Below the pieces are notes generated by a model. It was not told where the DNA came from. It searched no databases and worked only from the letters and a program-made list of their open reading frames with translations. A DNA stretch of 64,000 nt from Octopus sinensis (taxonomy: Eukaryota), in the NCBI RefSeq assembly GCF_006345805.1, contig NC_043007.1:26288001-26352000 (forward strand). The letters run 5' to 3'. Shown piece by piece: positions 1-11,604 of this stretch. Position 1 is the first letter of the stretch; the number at the start of each line of letters is the position of its first letter. Position numbers and translations under genes: made by a program.

Positions 1-689
1 GTTCGGTGTGAAAATAGTTCTGCATCTTGTCAGTAGACTTCAGGTCAATGGGCAGCTTGATAGTGCAACGAAACATCGTTATTGGCGAAAGCTTGAAAAA
101 AAATTATGAATAAAACTTCTAGCAATCACACAAATTCAAAGAAAAACCCGAGTAATACCAGTCGCAGACTTATTTACAATGACAACAAAAATTAGAAGCA
201 CCAGTATTTATAAGTGTAACTTCGTTGTACACTTTGATGACCTCACCCTTAACCTGACCTCACGTCTTGACGTGACAGTACACCTTTCAGAAGAACAATA
301 CTTGCTTTCATTACTTTGTCTTAGTTGAACATACGATTTATTAACACATCATGACTTCTTTAAAAAGTCCCCCATATAAATTCATAGTGTTGCGGGCATT
401 GAAATAAATTACCTAAAATCTTAATTATTCAGTAATCTTTGAATTTAATTTACATTTCTGAGCAATTTCGATTTCGCAATTTCTTTTAGATGTACTATAT
501 TACATTGTGTCATCTCATAAATAATGTGGCTTTTTATCTTAATTTATTTTTCAAAATTAACATAAACAAAGTTCTTTTTTAATCTAAAATATACTCTCCT
601 TCATTTTCTACAATGATCTTCCATCTATCTGGCAGATTTGCAAGGCTCCTCTTCCAAAATTCACTTGTCCGCGATGAAAAATACTCTCT

Positions 690-875
690 CCACGCCACTG
701 ATGTTATCCAAGGGAAAGGCAAAGGTCGATACAACTTGGCACCAGTAACGTCGCAACTCATTTCTACAGCTGAGTGAACTGAATCAACGTGAAAATAGAG
801 TGTCTTACTCAAGAATCTAACACACAGCCCGGTTCAAGAATTGAACTCACTACCTCATGATTGTGAGCCTTCACA
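690..875 (-). mobile_element. Degenerate tRNA-derived SINE (family C) fragment
   Basis: Contains CGTCGCAACTCATTTCTACAGCTGAGTGAACT, shared with 15815-16405 (+) and 47165-47505 (-). Confidence 0.75.
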
Positions 876-1111
876 TTATGTCGTACTTAAAACAAAATAC
901 AGTACATTTTTACTCCAAATTACCTTATTTATGAAAAATACATGGAGGTATAAACTGGTGAGGAAGAATATAGGCTAGCGCAGCTCTAAATTTATAAATC
1001 TTGAAGGGAAAATATTCCAGGTTTTGAAATACAGATTTGCTTCAGAAAAAAAGCACGTCGTGGGTATAATAATGACTGGAGAGATAAATTCTGGCCAAGC
1101 TTGTTTCATAC

Positions 1112-1281
1112 TAACAGTTATCGCCAAGCTAATATGGCAGTCCATAAATATAAGACTAAAGCTGCCGTTGATTAGCTCCAAGAAGCCATCGCCTATAGAG
1201 GCGATGGCCTCTTGGAGTTCATCAACGGCAGCTTTAGTCTTATATTTATGCACTGCCATATTAGCTTGGCGATAACTGTTA
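1112..1281. repeat. Near-perfect fold-back palindrome (83-bp arms, 4-nt loop)
   Basis: 1112-1194 is the reverse complement of 1199-1281 with 4 mismatches; loop ATAG. Confidence 0.9.
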
Positions 1282-1487
1282 ATATCCAGTTCCGCTGCCG
1301 TAGTCTCCTTTAAAGAGACTTAGATATAATAATATTTCTATTGTTTCATACTCCTGTGTATAAACTGGATGAATCAAGAATAAACATGGTGAGTAACAGA
1401 GGTTGGTTCTATTTAACACCGGATAGGGTTTTGAGGGATGGTGTTAATGCAGACCGCTACAGCGGTGACTAATAGCTATACAAAAGC

Positions 1488-1850
1488 TATATCAATCACG
1501 TCGATCTCACCTGTCTCGGAGGAACCTGTGACGCCCATGCTTGTAGGCCCTTCCTCCTGACCAAACCATAGAATATAGAACCTGTACACGAACCTAAAGC
1601 GTTTCTACTGGTAATCTATAGACACGGTACCGATTCAGCCGGCTGCGTGTCTATCAATCACCTGTCTCGGAGAAACCTGTAACGCCCATGCTTATATCAA
1701 TCACCTATCTCGGAGGAACCTGTAACGCCCATGCTTGCAGGCCCTTCCACCTGTCCAAACCATAAATGAAAGAAACTGTACGCGAACCTACAGCGTCTCT
1801 ACTGGTAATCTACAGACACGGTACCGACTCAGCCGGGTGCGTGTCTATCT
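1488..1850. repeat. Diverged tandem repeat, ~160-bp unit, 2 full copies plus a partial
   Basis: ATCAATCAC..CTGTCTCGGAGGAACCTGT(G/A)ACGCCCATGCTT recurs three times; AGACACGGTACCGA(T/C)TCAGCCGG..GCGTGTCT twice. Confidence 0.8.
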
Positions 1851-2544
1851 GTGGTACTGCCAATGAAACTATGAATGCAATAGAAAAATAGAATGGGAAA
1901 AAACACAATTATTTAAGCAAGTTATGAGGTTCAATAAAATGTTACGTCGTATTTTTTATTAAGTCTGTGTATACACGTACGTGTCTGTATGTGAGTGTGT
2001 TCGTGTATGAATGTGTGAGTGTATGTGTGGGTTTGCGCTCGTGTGTATGTTTACATGCGTGTGAAATCCTGAAGTAATTTGCATTTTATTTCATCATTTA
2101 TTTTTCTAAAAACAAAGCTAATTCTCTACGATTTATGTATTTTACATATTATTTTGTATTTCTTTTATTTAGTTATTTAATTCATCTTATTAAAGTTTTT
2201 ATTTTTTTATTTATTTATTTATTTATTAAATGGCATATTTCTTTTATTTCTCTGTGTATCTATTGTTAAACCTGAAAGGGCTGGGCTTGCAGTTGGAAAG
2301 AATCCACCACGGAACAAGAACAGGACTGCACTGAACAAACACTTCGAACACAAGCAGAACAGACGGTAAATATTTACAATGAGCTTATCATTAATTCTGA
2401 CAAACTCGGCCATGTGTAAATACAGAAAGTGAAAGTAAAAATCGAAAACGGAATAAAACTTCAAAGAACGTGTGTCTGTGATTTAACCCTGAATTGCGAA
2501 TTTATCCCATCCTTCATTGAAATATACTATTGCATTCTAACTTC

Positions 2545-2556
2545 AACAACAATACC

Positions 2557-2588
<32 letters not shown>

Positions 2589-2610
2589 AAGCAGCAAGGA
2601 AAACAACAAG

Positions 2611-2689
<79 letters not shown>

Positions 2690-2711
2690 TAATAATAATA
2701 ATAATAATAAT
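2545..2711. repeat. Compound (CAA)n/(TTA)n/(TAA)n microsatellite
   Basis: Directly visible. Confidence 0.95.
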
Positions 2712-3155
2712 AAAAGTTTGCTTATTGATCGACATGAGCATCCCCTATGATCATAATATCCCAGAGAAAAGAGTTTGGCAAGCTCAGAAAATATAAAGAC
2801 CTACTCATTGAAATTGAGAAAATGTGGCATCTCAAGGCGGTTACAATACCAGTGATCATAGGAGCACTAGGAATGATCAAGAAGGGAACCGAAAATTATA
2901 TGAGAATGATCCCTGGCTTACCATTCCTGCAAGAAGTTCAAAATATTGTCTTAACTGGTACATCACACGTATTGAGAAGAGCATTGTCGATGTGAGAACT
3001 ATTACTACCCATGTATTTTAATTTAACTTTTAAAAAAAATGAACGAACTATTGAGTTTAGTTTAATGGCCTACCAATGTATACTATGAGTTTCTTTGCCC
3101 TAGGAGTCGGGAAGACACTCGGCAAGAAATGGAAGCAAATTTGAAAGAAGAAAAA
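2712..3155 (+). mobile_element. 5'-truncated Dong/R4-like non-LTR retrotransposon (C-terminal restriction-like endonuclease end and 3' UTR)
   Basis: Frameshifted peptide LIDMSIPYDHN..EKEFGKLRKYKDLLIEIEKMWHLKAVTIPVIIGALG matches the RLE C-terminus of R4/Dong elements; starts at a (TAA)n tract and ends in A-rich TAATAATAA. Confidence 0.85.
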
Positions 3156-3164
3156 AAAAAGTAA

Positions 3165-3315
3165 TAATAAATAATCCTTTTTATTATAGGCACAAAGCCA
3201 GCAAGTTCGGACAGAGGAATCAGTCGATTACATCGATCCCAGTGTTTCACTGGTACTTATTTTATCAATCCCGATAGGATGAAAAGCAAAGTCGACCTCA
3301 ATGAAATTTTAACTC
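3165..3315 (-). mobile_element. SINE family B 3' fragment
   Basis: GATGAAAAGCAAAGTCGACCTC and GTCGATTACATCGATCCCAGT motifs of family B. Confidence 0.75.
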
Positions 3316-3408
3316 ACTTCCTCCAGACAGATGAAATGCTGCTAAGCATTTTATGCGGCATGCTATCGACTCTGCCAGCTAACCGCCTTAGCAATGATAA
3401 TAATAATG

Positions 3409-3471
<63 letters not shown>

Positions 3472-3474
<3 letters not shown>

Positions 3475-3540
3475 CCCTGATGCAATACCAGGCAGTGGCT
3501 CTCATGGCTTCTGATCTTAACTGATTGGAAGTGTTATCAT
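3472..3540. mobile_element. End fragment of an unclassified (TAA)n-associated interspersed repeat
   Basis: TCTTAACTGATTGGAAGTGTTATCAT is identical to the left end of 50531-51041; abuts (AAT)n at 3395-3472. Confidence 0.6.
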
Positions 3541-3900
3541 ATCTGCGCTAGATTCCCTTGTTCGAAAATATAAGGACACAGATCGTGTCGTATAGCCAGC
3601 TGGAGACGATGTCTCCTGGGGATAAATTACATCAACATTAGTCCTAAACCAGTACTGCCATGTTATGTTGGAAAACAATGTTTACTACAAGGATATTATT
3701 GTTTACAATGGTATCGAGTGATATAGCATACGTAAATAACCACCAAGGTAATACCATAAGGTAACAAATTATTAATTAATAATTAAGGATGCTACTAATG
3801 GCACCGGCACGCTAAAACTAGCTGCCAGAAGACGACTACAACCACTAATTTTCACTGATACACATTAATTGAAATCGGGAAAATGAGCAGAAATTCAAGA

Positions 3901-4281
3901 GAAGCACTCCGTCGGTTACGACGACGAGGGTTCCAGTTGATCCGATCAACGGAACAGCCTGCTCGTGAAATTAACGTGTAAGTGACTGAGCACTCCACAG
4001 ACACGTGTACCCTTAACGTAGTTCTCGGGGATATTCAGCGTGACACAGAGAGTGACAAGGCCGGCCCTTTGAAATACAGGTACAACAGAAACAGGAAGTA
4101 AGAGTGAGAGAAAGTTGTGGTGAAAGAGTACAGCAGGGATCACCACCATCCTTGCCGGAGCCTTGTGGAGCTTTAGGTGTTTTCGCTCAATAAACACTCA
4201 CAACGCCCGGTCTGGGAATCGAAACCGCGATCCTACGACCGCGAGTCCGCTGCCCTAACCACTGGGTCATTGCACCTCCAC
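3901..4281 (-). mobile_element. Full-length tRNA-derived SINE (family A)
   Basis: Minus-strand head GTGGAGGTGCAATGACCCAGTGGTTAGGGC with A box and B box (GGTTTCGATTCC); highly similar to five other copies in the window. Confidence 0.92.
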
Positions 4282-6129
4282 TAAGCATAAATTCTAACCC
4301 TCCGTACCAATAACGAAAAGAATCGTAAATTGAAAAGCCAAATATACCCATAACGTCACGATTTCTAACTTGGTGAAAATATCACTTAATTTATCCTCAG
4401 CGAGCCTTACTGCCCCCAAAATCATACAAACTGTCTATCTCAACAACGTGCGTGACGTTATAAATGTTTGTCTACAGTTGTAGAGACGTTTGTCATTTTA
4501 TTGAATTTTTTCGTTCGAATCCCACCTAAAACTTCGACTTTTTCAATGCATGGATTTTTGTAACCCAATAAGTACGCTCTATCATTTCTAGCCTTACCTA
4601 CTTCGAGAATCACCGTTGAAATCGATTTATTTCCTTTCTCACGAAGTTTCCAAATTCTAATGACGTAATATATACATATATGGATATATAAATATATGTA
4701 TATAAGACAGACAGACGGATAGATTGATATCTTTAACTGGTTGCACAATTATGAAATTCTGTATACATTATTTCCCGTTATATTCCCTACTGTAAAGTTA
4801 TCATCATATTTTTGTCTACAGCGTAAGTATATAACTAAACATTATATAAATATTCAATCCGCAGGGGAATTACATCGTATTCCATTTAAAACGAATAACC
4901 ATCGTCGTGTATTCTCTCTTTGTCTTCCTTTACGCATATTTATTTATATACGAAAAACAGAAAAAAAAAATCAAAGTTACTTTTTAAAATAAGAAACAAA
5001 AGAATTCAGTAAAATGATAAGAATTTTGCTGTTTTATATTGAAGGTGAGATGAAATCCCAACAGACGAATTATAAGCAATGCCTCTTAAATAATCTAGAT
5101 TATCGCGATTTTGATATCCATTGACGCTATGTTGAATATTGCTTTTTGTTATGTGTAATCTCTGCACCTGCGCTATGCTGTTTGAATTTTAGTTCATTTC
5201 TTGATTATTCCTGTTTCAAGATTTCCTAAAAATTTCCTGATCATAGGACTGAATTATCGGTTTTTTTTTCTTTACCCGTTTTCTTTTTTTTTTTTCTTTT
5301 TGTCTTCAAATATCTTTTAAATTGTTAATGAAATGCAATGTATTTAGCGAGCGAATAAAACCTTATAATAATATTTAGCGAAGCTTCTACTCTGCGGATA
5401 AAAAGTATGACGATGAAATTACAGACGATATATTTGTTAGTGATGAACTTAACAGGCGATGAAATTAAAGAAACATTAATGTTAAATGTAAACAAAGAGT
5501 CTTTAATGTCCACACACCAGCCCCCAGGAATGCATCTAATATGAAAATTGGTATATCCAATAACTCAACACCGCTATATGCGGTGGCTATACAAGCAATG
5601 TGTTCGGAGGCAATAGTGTGAGTGTGTTTGATGAGTACTGATGAAGGGACAACAACGCTCGAAATATGGTATATACACTCATTACATATTTTTGTCTCCG
5701 GTCATATTCTTTTGTTTACAGCTGACGTCTCGATACGAAATGTTATAGCAAGAATCCGTGCTGGCTACAATTCCTATCGAATATCTGTAGAAATAACATT
5801 AACAAAATGAAATTAAAGAGAATCTGTCTATTGAAATAGAATTACCTACATTGAATTTACCATGAACCATAAACACTGATGAACCATAGACACCAGACGG
5901 CTGCTCTTTAAAGAAAATCTTTTCCAGTATTGTTTCTAGATTCTACATCGAGTTACACACATTCCATTGTTACCTTTCCCATTGGCCACTTGGAAACTGC
6001 TATGGAATACGAAATAACATCGTTGTTAGCATTTCTGATGCAGTGTGTGTTAGAAACGTTATTGATATAGTGTTGCTTTGTTATTATTCTCTTGTTTTAC
6101 TCTGTTAACGAAGAAATCTGCTACCCGTC

Positions 6130-6391
6130 GTCGACATCATCATCATCATCATCATTATCATCACCGTCGTCGTCGTCATCCGTTGTTATCTTTGTCGTTG
6201 CAGTCCTCGTCACCATCATCATCACCTTTATTACTACTACCACCACCACCACCACCACCACCATCAACTACAACAGCATAATCGCTATCATCACCATTCT
6301 TATCCCCCACAAAAACCACCTTCATTACAATTATGATGTAGAAGATTCGTTCTACCATCGGTCTAATTAATCCTATGAAGTCAAATGCCAC

Positions 6392-6444
<53 letters not shown>

Positions 6445-6482
6445 GGTGGTGGTGGTGGTGGTGGAGTTGTTGTTGTTGTTGG

Positions 6483-6513
<31 letters not shown>

Positions 6514-6556
6514 GGTGCTGGTGGTGGTGCTGGTGCTGGTGGTGGCGGCGGTGGTG

Positions 6557-6592
<36 letters not shown>

Positions 6593-6640
6593 ATAGCAGC
6601 AGCAGTAGTAGTAGTAATAGTAGTAGTAGCAGCAGCAGCA
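6130..6640. repeat. Compound trinucleotide microsatellite (CAT/CGT/CAC/GTA/GGT)
   Basis: Directly visible; source of spurious poly-G/S/V/H ORFs. Confidence 0.95.
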
Positions 6641-6846
6641 TAACTAAATACAACAGACTATTTCAGGATTGGGTTTTCTCTCATTTTCTCGACACAGTTG
6701 AAAAAGTTATAAACTGCAGTGGTATTGGTGGTATTTGAGAGTCGGACAAGATTAATGTGTCTGTATGATAGGCTTACGTGCATGTTTGTGTTTCTTTGTG
6801 TTTGTGTGTGTGTGTGTGTATTTGTGCGTGTGTGCGTGTATGCATA

Positions 6847-6889
<43 letters not shown>

Positions 6890-6894
6890 ATAAA

Positions 6895-7275
6895 TATTAG
6901 GGAATAAATCCAAATTTACAGGGAAAAAATCAGATTTAGGATTAAATCCAATTTTATAGTAAAATATTATAAAATATTATTAGAGACAAAACCACTATTT
7001 TGCAAAACAAACAAGGAAAGACTTAATCAATACATAAAATTTTAATAAATAGTCAAAAAAACCGCCACTACAATTGTTTCTTGTCTTGATCGATCAAATT
7101 ATGAAGTCATAATTTGAAACTGACTTATTGGAAGTCCACCTGAAGATTGTCGATCAAGACAAGAAACAATTGTAGTGGCGGTTTTTTTGACTATTTATTA
7201 AAATTTTATGTATTGATTAAGTCTTTCCTTGTTTGTTTTGCAAAATAGTGGTTTTGTCTCTAATAATATTTTATA
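6895..7275. mobile_element. Penelope-like pseudo-LTR relic with 126-bp perfect inverted arms, inserted in (TA)n
   Basis: 6968-7093 is the exact reverse complement of 7150-7275; hammerhead motif spans spacer and right arm; (TA)n on both flanks. Confidence 0.7.
7136..7178 (+). ncRNA. Minimal type I hammerhead ribozyme motif
   Basis: CCAC-CTGAAGA-TTGTC(GATCAA)GACAA-GAAA-C(AATT)G-TA-GTGG: stems I and II pair, core intact, GUA cleavage triplet, palindromic stem III (ACAATTGT). Confidence 0.8.
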
Positions 7276-7399
7276 TATATATATATATATATATTCGGCG
7301 TCAACAGCCCTTCTTATCTTGTTTTTCCCTGTCCTGTCTTTTACTGTTTATATTTTTGTACTGTCGTTACTGTCCTGTTTTTTTACCATTTTTTTTACC

Positions 7400-7690
7400 A
7401 TTTTTTATCCCTCTGCGAAAAGATCTCAGAATTTTAATTGATTTGCTTTTCGCAGGAAGGAAAATTTCTTGTCGAAGATACGTCTCGCTTTTATCATTCG
7501 AAACGTAGAGTAGATGAAATCATAGCGACTGAAGAAGGGGTTTTTTCTTTGTGTTAATTGTCCTGTACTCCATTTTTTTTTGTTTAAAAAAAAAATGTCC
7601 AGTTCCTTTGGTTTGTGTCTATGTTTTCGTTTCTCTTTGTGTTCGACGTCCCTTTGGTGTCCTGTACTCATATATGCGTGTATATGTACA
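7400..7690 (+). mobile_element. Degenerate interspersed repeat, possibly Penelope-like LTR-derived (related to 53975-54185)
   Basis: Shares GAAGA..TCGAAA..GAGTAGAT..ACTGA(A/C)GAAGGG..GTCCTGTAC(T/C)CATATATGC layout with 53975-54185; TA-rich flanks. Confidence 0.4.
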
Positions 7691-7885
7691 TGTAGAGGTA
7701 GGTACGTACATATATGTTTATATATATGCATATGTTTTATTTCATTTATTAATATATATATATATACATGTGTGCGTATATATGTGTGTTTGTGTATGTA
7801 TCTATATATATATGCATGTATATATGTATATATATATGTGCGTGTGTGTTTGTGCGCTCGTATGTGTGAGCATGCATGCGTTTTC

Positions 7886-7936
<51 letters not shown>

Positions 7937-8421
7937 TATATTTACATATGTATCTTTGACAAGGGTAAGAAAGAGGGTTGAGGGAGGAGAGGGATGGAGA
8001 ACGATGGAGACAAAGTTGAAAGAAAAGCAACCAAAGAAAGGGGTGGAATGATATATGAGAATTGATAGGGAACAAAGTGCTGTAGGAAAAAAGGGCATGC
8101 GAGAGACTAGGGTAGTGAAAGAGAGAGAGAAAGAAATCTATATAGGTAGGAGGGAGAAAGAGGGTGCGATTATTAGGGTTTTTTGACACGTCTATTTCAA
8201 TAAAACGCCAGTGACAAGCTGTATCCTACAGCCAATAGTATCACACATGTCATAACGAAACAGTTATCGTGGCACCGACTCTGTAGAAGTGCAATAGAGC
8301 TGTCAGACATGGGAAGAAGACATACAGACCGACCAGACACCATTGCCGCCACCCGCTGCCACCACCGCGACCATCTCATCGCTACAGGAAGAAGAACAAC
8401 AGCAACAATGATAGCGATGAT

Positions 8422-8458
<37 letters not shown>

Positions 8459-8695
8459 TGAAGAATAATATCAATAAAAACAAAGGAGTAACATCAGCAA
8501 TGACGACAACAATAATATAACGAATGCAATTAATAGCAACAACTAGCGCCGTTCCCCTGACTATAAAACTTTGAAAATAAACGCATGCGTGTCGGTGTGG
8601 GGAAGTATACATTAATATATAAACACATACACATACATCATACACACACACAGGCACATACTCACACACACACACACAAACAAACATACACAAAC

Positions 8696-8731
<36 letters not shown>

Positions 8732-8737
8732 ATGTAT

Positions 8738-8800
8738 ACAGTAATCCTTCCACTATCGCGGTTACGTTCCAAAATCCCAGAAAGCCCTGGAAAAAGCTAT
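8738..8800 (+). mobile_element. Possible single pogo/Tigger-like TIR relic
   Basis: TA-CAGTAATCCTTCCACTATCGCGG resembles pogo-type TIR starts; no partner TIR found. Confidence 0.25.
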
Positions 8801-9184
8801 GAATCCCCAGTTTACTACATATTGCATCCATGGATATTTAAAAATCTTACATACTCCATACCGTCCCCAGTTCAAAATCCATGATCTAGAGATTACCAAA
8901 CTATCGTTTTCTACACACACGCACATATTTATGCATGCATAGATATATCCATCTTTGTATCAATCTATCTGTCTGTATCTACCTGTCTTTCTCTCCCTCT
9001 CTCTGCATATATATGTGTGCGTTATGTGTTTGTGTGAGTGTATTTGAGTGTGTGTTGATAAAATATTGTGCTTCAGAACTAAATAACAAGAACTCAATAC
9101 AAGCCCAAATGCATTTTTTTTTGCCTAATTAAAAACGTAGTAATATCCCAATTTTACGATATTTAGGCGTCTTTTGTCCTATTA

Positions 9185-10072
9185 TACTACTTACTGACGT
9201 ACCCGGTAATTCCCGGGAAAGCTGGGCTTATCCCTTGGTTCCGCTTTCATAATTGTTTCACTGTTCCAATAACAACAATACAAAGTATGTAGCCCTTAAA
9301 ACGGTTTTTGTGCATTTACAGAGAATACCGAACACAGGATCTTGTTTTTAAGAATTCCCAATAAGTTATGAATGCCCAAATTGTGAAGTCAGTTATGTAT
9401 TAACATGAAATTAGTTACCCGATAGTAAGAATTCAAATAATGTAGCCCGAAAAGAGCTTTAATGCATTCCCAGGACAGGGGGAAATACTAATGAGGTATG
9501 TTCACTAAAATCGTGAAGCATGTTACGCAATATCTGGCTAATCAGATATGAGATAACAATTTAAAGTAAATAACTTTTGTGCGTTCCCAGAGAATATTAC
9601 CCTCAGCGACTCTAGTGTTGGTATATTCGTGAATAAGTCACTAACCGAAATATGTGGATCTATTGTTTAGGAAAATACTATTTATTTGTTTAAGTGTTGT
9701 ACTCGATAAATTGCGGAAATAATTAACAGTTCAAATACTAAGAAATAAGCATACTCAATTTGATTTATACCAAATAATTTAGGAAAACGAATGGATTATT
9801 TCCCTACCTATATATAAGGATCCCTTCCAGGGACGAATGGGTTGTTTCTCTTGTTTTTTAAAATAAAAAAAATATTAGATATAAACAAGAATCCTTTCCA
9901 GGGGCCCTATTATCGATTTTTTTTCAACAATCTGAGTATGCCATGAGATTTCCAGCCATGCGTTCTACTCACGAGTCAAGTTTCATCAAAAGCAATAAAA
10001 AGATGTAGACGGAGTTAGCTAACAACTCCGCAAACACACCCACAAACAGAATTTCCCAAATATGTAGTAGAT
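9185..10072 (+). mobile_element. Non-autonomous Helitron/Helentron (HINE/DINE-1-like) element
   Basis: 5' TACTAC..ACCCGGTAATTCCCGGG short inverted repeat; 3' AAGTTTCATCAAAA, hairpin CGGAGTT-agctaac-AACTCCG (10010-10030), short AC-rich tract and terminal TAGTAGAT. Confidence 0.55.
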
Positions 10073-10159
10073 TAAGTTTACCAATACCTTATGGACGGAT
10101 TTCTGTAGATGGAAATTGTGATAAAACTCGATGTATGCACACACACGCACTCTCACACA

Positions 10160-10207
<48 letters not shown>

Positions 10208-10769
10208 ACGCACACACATACACACACACAGACACACAGATCCACACACACAAACATATGTATGTACATAGAACCTGCAAAAAAGGGAGTGAGAGAGGTA
10301 GGGTGCTATCTGTACATGGTGTGGAGTATATCGTTTGTTTAAACTGAATTCCCACGGAGCACTGGGTTCAAATCACACCGAAATCATCTTTATGTGTTGA
10401 TAAAAAATTCCAGTCCTATTTCGATGGAACAAAAAAGTTCTCATAGAATTTCTTGAGGTTTTTCTTCAGATTCTTTGCATTCTTAGTTCAAATCCCACCA
10501 TGGATTAAATGAGTGGTAGATATGATCCATCATACGGTTTAAGATTACAAACCGGCAACGTGGATACCTCGAGAGGGAACCTACCGTTTTACAAGCATTC
10601 AGCTCCGTGCTTTGGTTACAGGACAGCCGTCCTTCTTTTCATTAGCCTCGGAGACCTTGTGAGGGGCCGTGGCCACCGCCTTTTCTCATATATAAAACAT
10701 AGTAAGATAAAATATAAAAAAATATATTACTATCAGTTTAAGAGCAAAACAGACAAAAGTAATTTTTGA

Positions 10770-11095
10770 AGCCGAGGTCGACTTTGCCTTTCATCCTTTC
10801 GGGGTCAATAAATAAAGTACCAGTTACGCACTGGGGTCGATGTAATCGACTTAATCAATTTGTCTGTCCTTGTTTGTCCCCTCTATGTTTATCCCCTTGT
10901 GGGCAACAAAGAAATAAGGCTTAGCGGTATTTCGTCTGTCGCTAAGTTCTGAGTTCAAATTCCGCCGAGGTCAACTTTGCCTTTCATTCTTTCAGGGTCG
11001 ATAAATCAGATACCAGTTGAGTACTGAGGTCGATCTAATAGACCGACCCCTCCCCGAAAATTTCAGGCCTTGTGCCTAGAGTAGAAAAGAATATT
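10770..11095 (+). mobile_element. Two head-to-tail SINE family B bodies with different 3' tails
   Basis: GCCTTTCATCCTTTCGGGGTC core twice; first tail ..GTGGGCAACAAAGAAATAAG, second tail ..CCTTGTGCCTAGAGTAGAAAAG. Confidence 0.85.
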
Positions 11096-11235
11096 ATGTT
11101 TATTATCATTATTGTTGCTGTTGTTGTTGTCGTCATCGTCGTTGTCGTCGTTACTAGATCAGCGGATCCTCAGATTCGATAGAATAGCAAAGCAGAAAAT
11201 ATAGGGGACAACAAAGAAGAAGAACAGCAACAACA

Positions 11236-11365
11236 GGAAGGAAGGAAGGAAGGAAGGAAGGAAGGAAGGAAGGAAGGAAGGAAGGAAGGAAGGAAGGAAG
11301 GAAGGAAGAAGGAAGGAAAGAAAGAAGGAAGGAAAGAAGGAAGGAAGGAAGGAAGGAAGGAAGGA
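11236..11365. repeat. (GGAA)n microsatellite
   Basis: Directly visible. Confidence 0.95.
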
Positions 11366-11604
11366 GGCGTTAAAGAGAAGAACAAAACAGAAGACAAAAT
11401 ATAAGAGAAAATAGAAGAAGAAAAAAAGAATATCGTGAAAGCGAAGAAGACAAATATTTAACGTTGGCAAACCAGTGAAAGAAGCGATGTTAAGTGGTGC
11501 CTCGCTGACTTCGCTGTAAACTAGATAAACAAGCAATTGTCTTTCGTTGTTAAAACAAAAGACAACACGATTAGTTTACACTTCTTGTTTTCTCTGTTCT
11601 CTTG

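Noticed and set aside
975-1275. Overlapping antisense ORFs of 94 and 83 aa
   Set aside because: Their similarity reflects the palindrome; no recognisable protein motif
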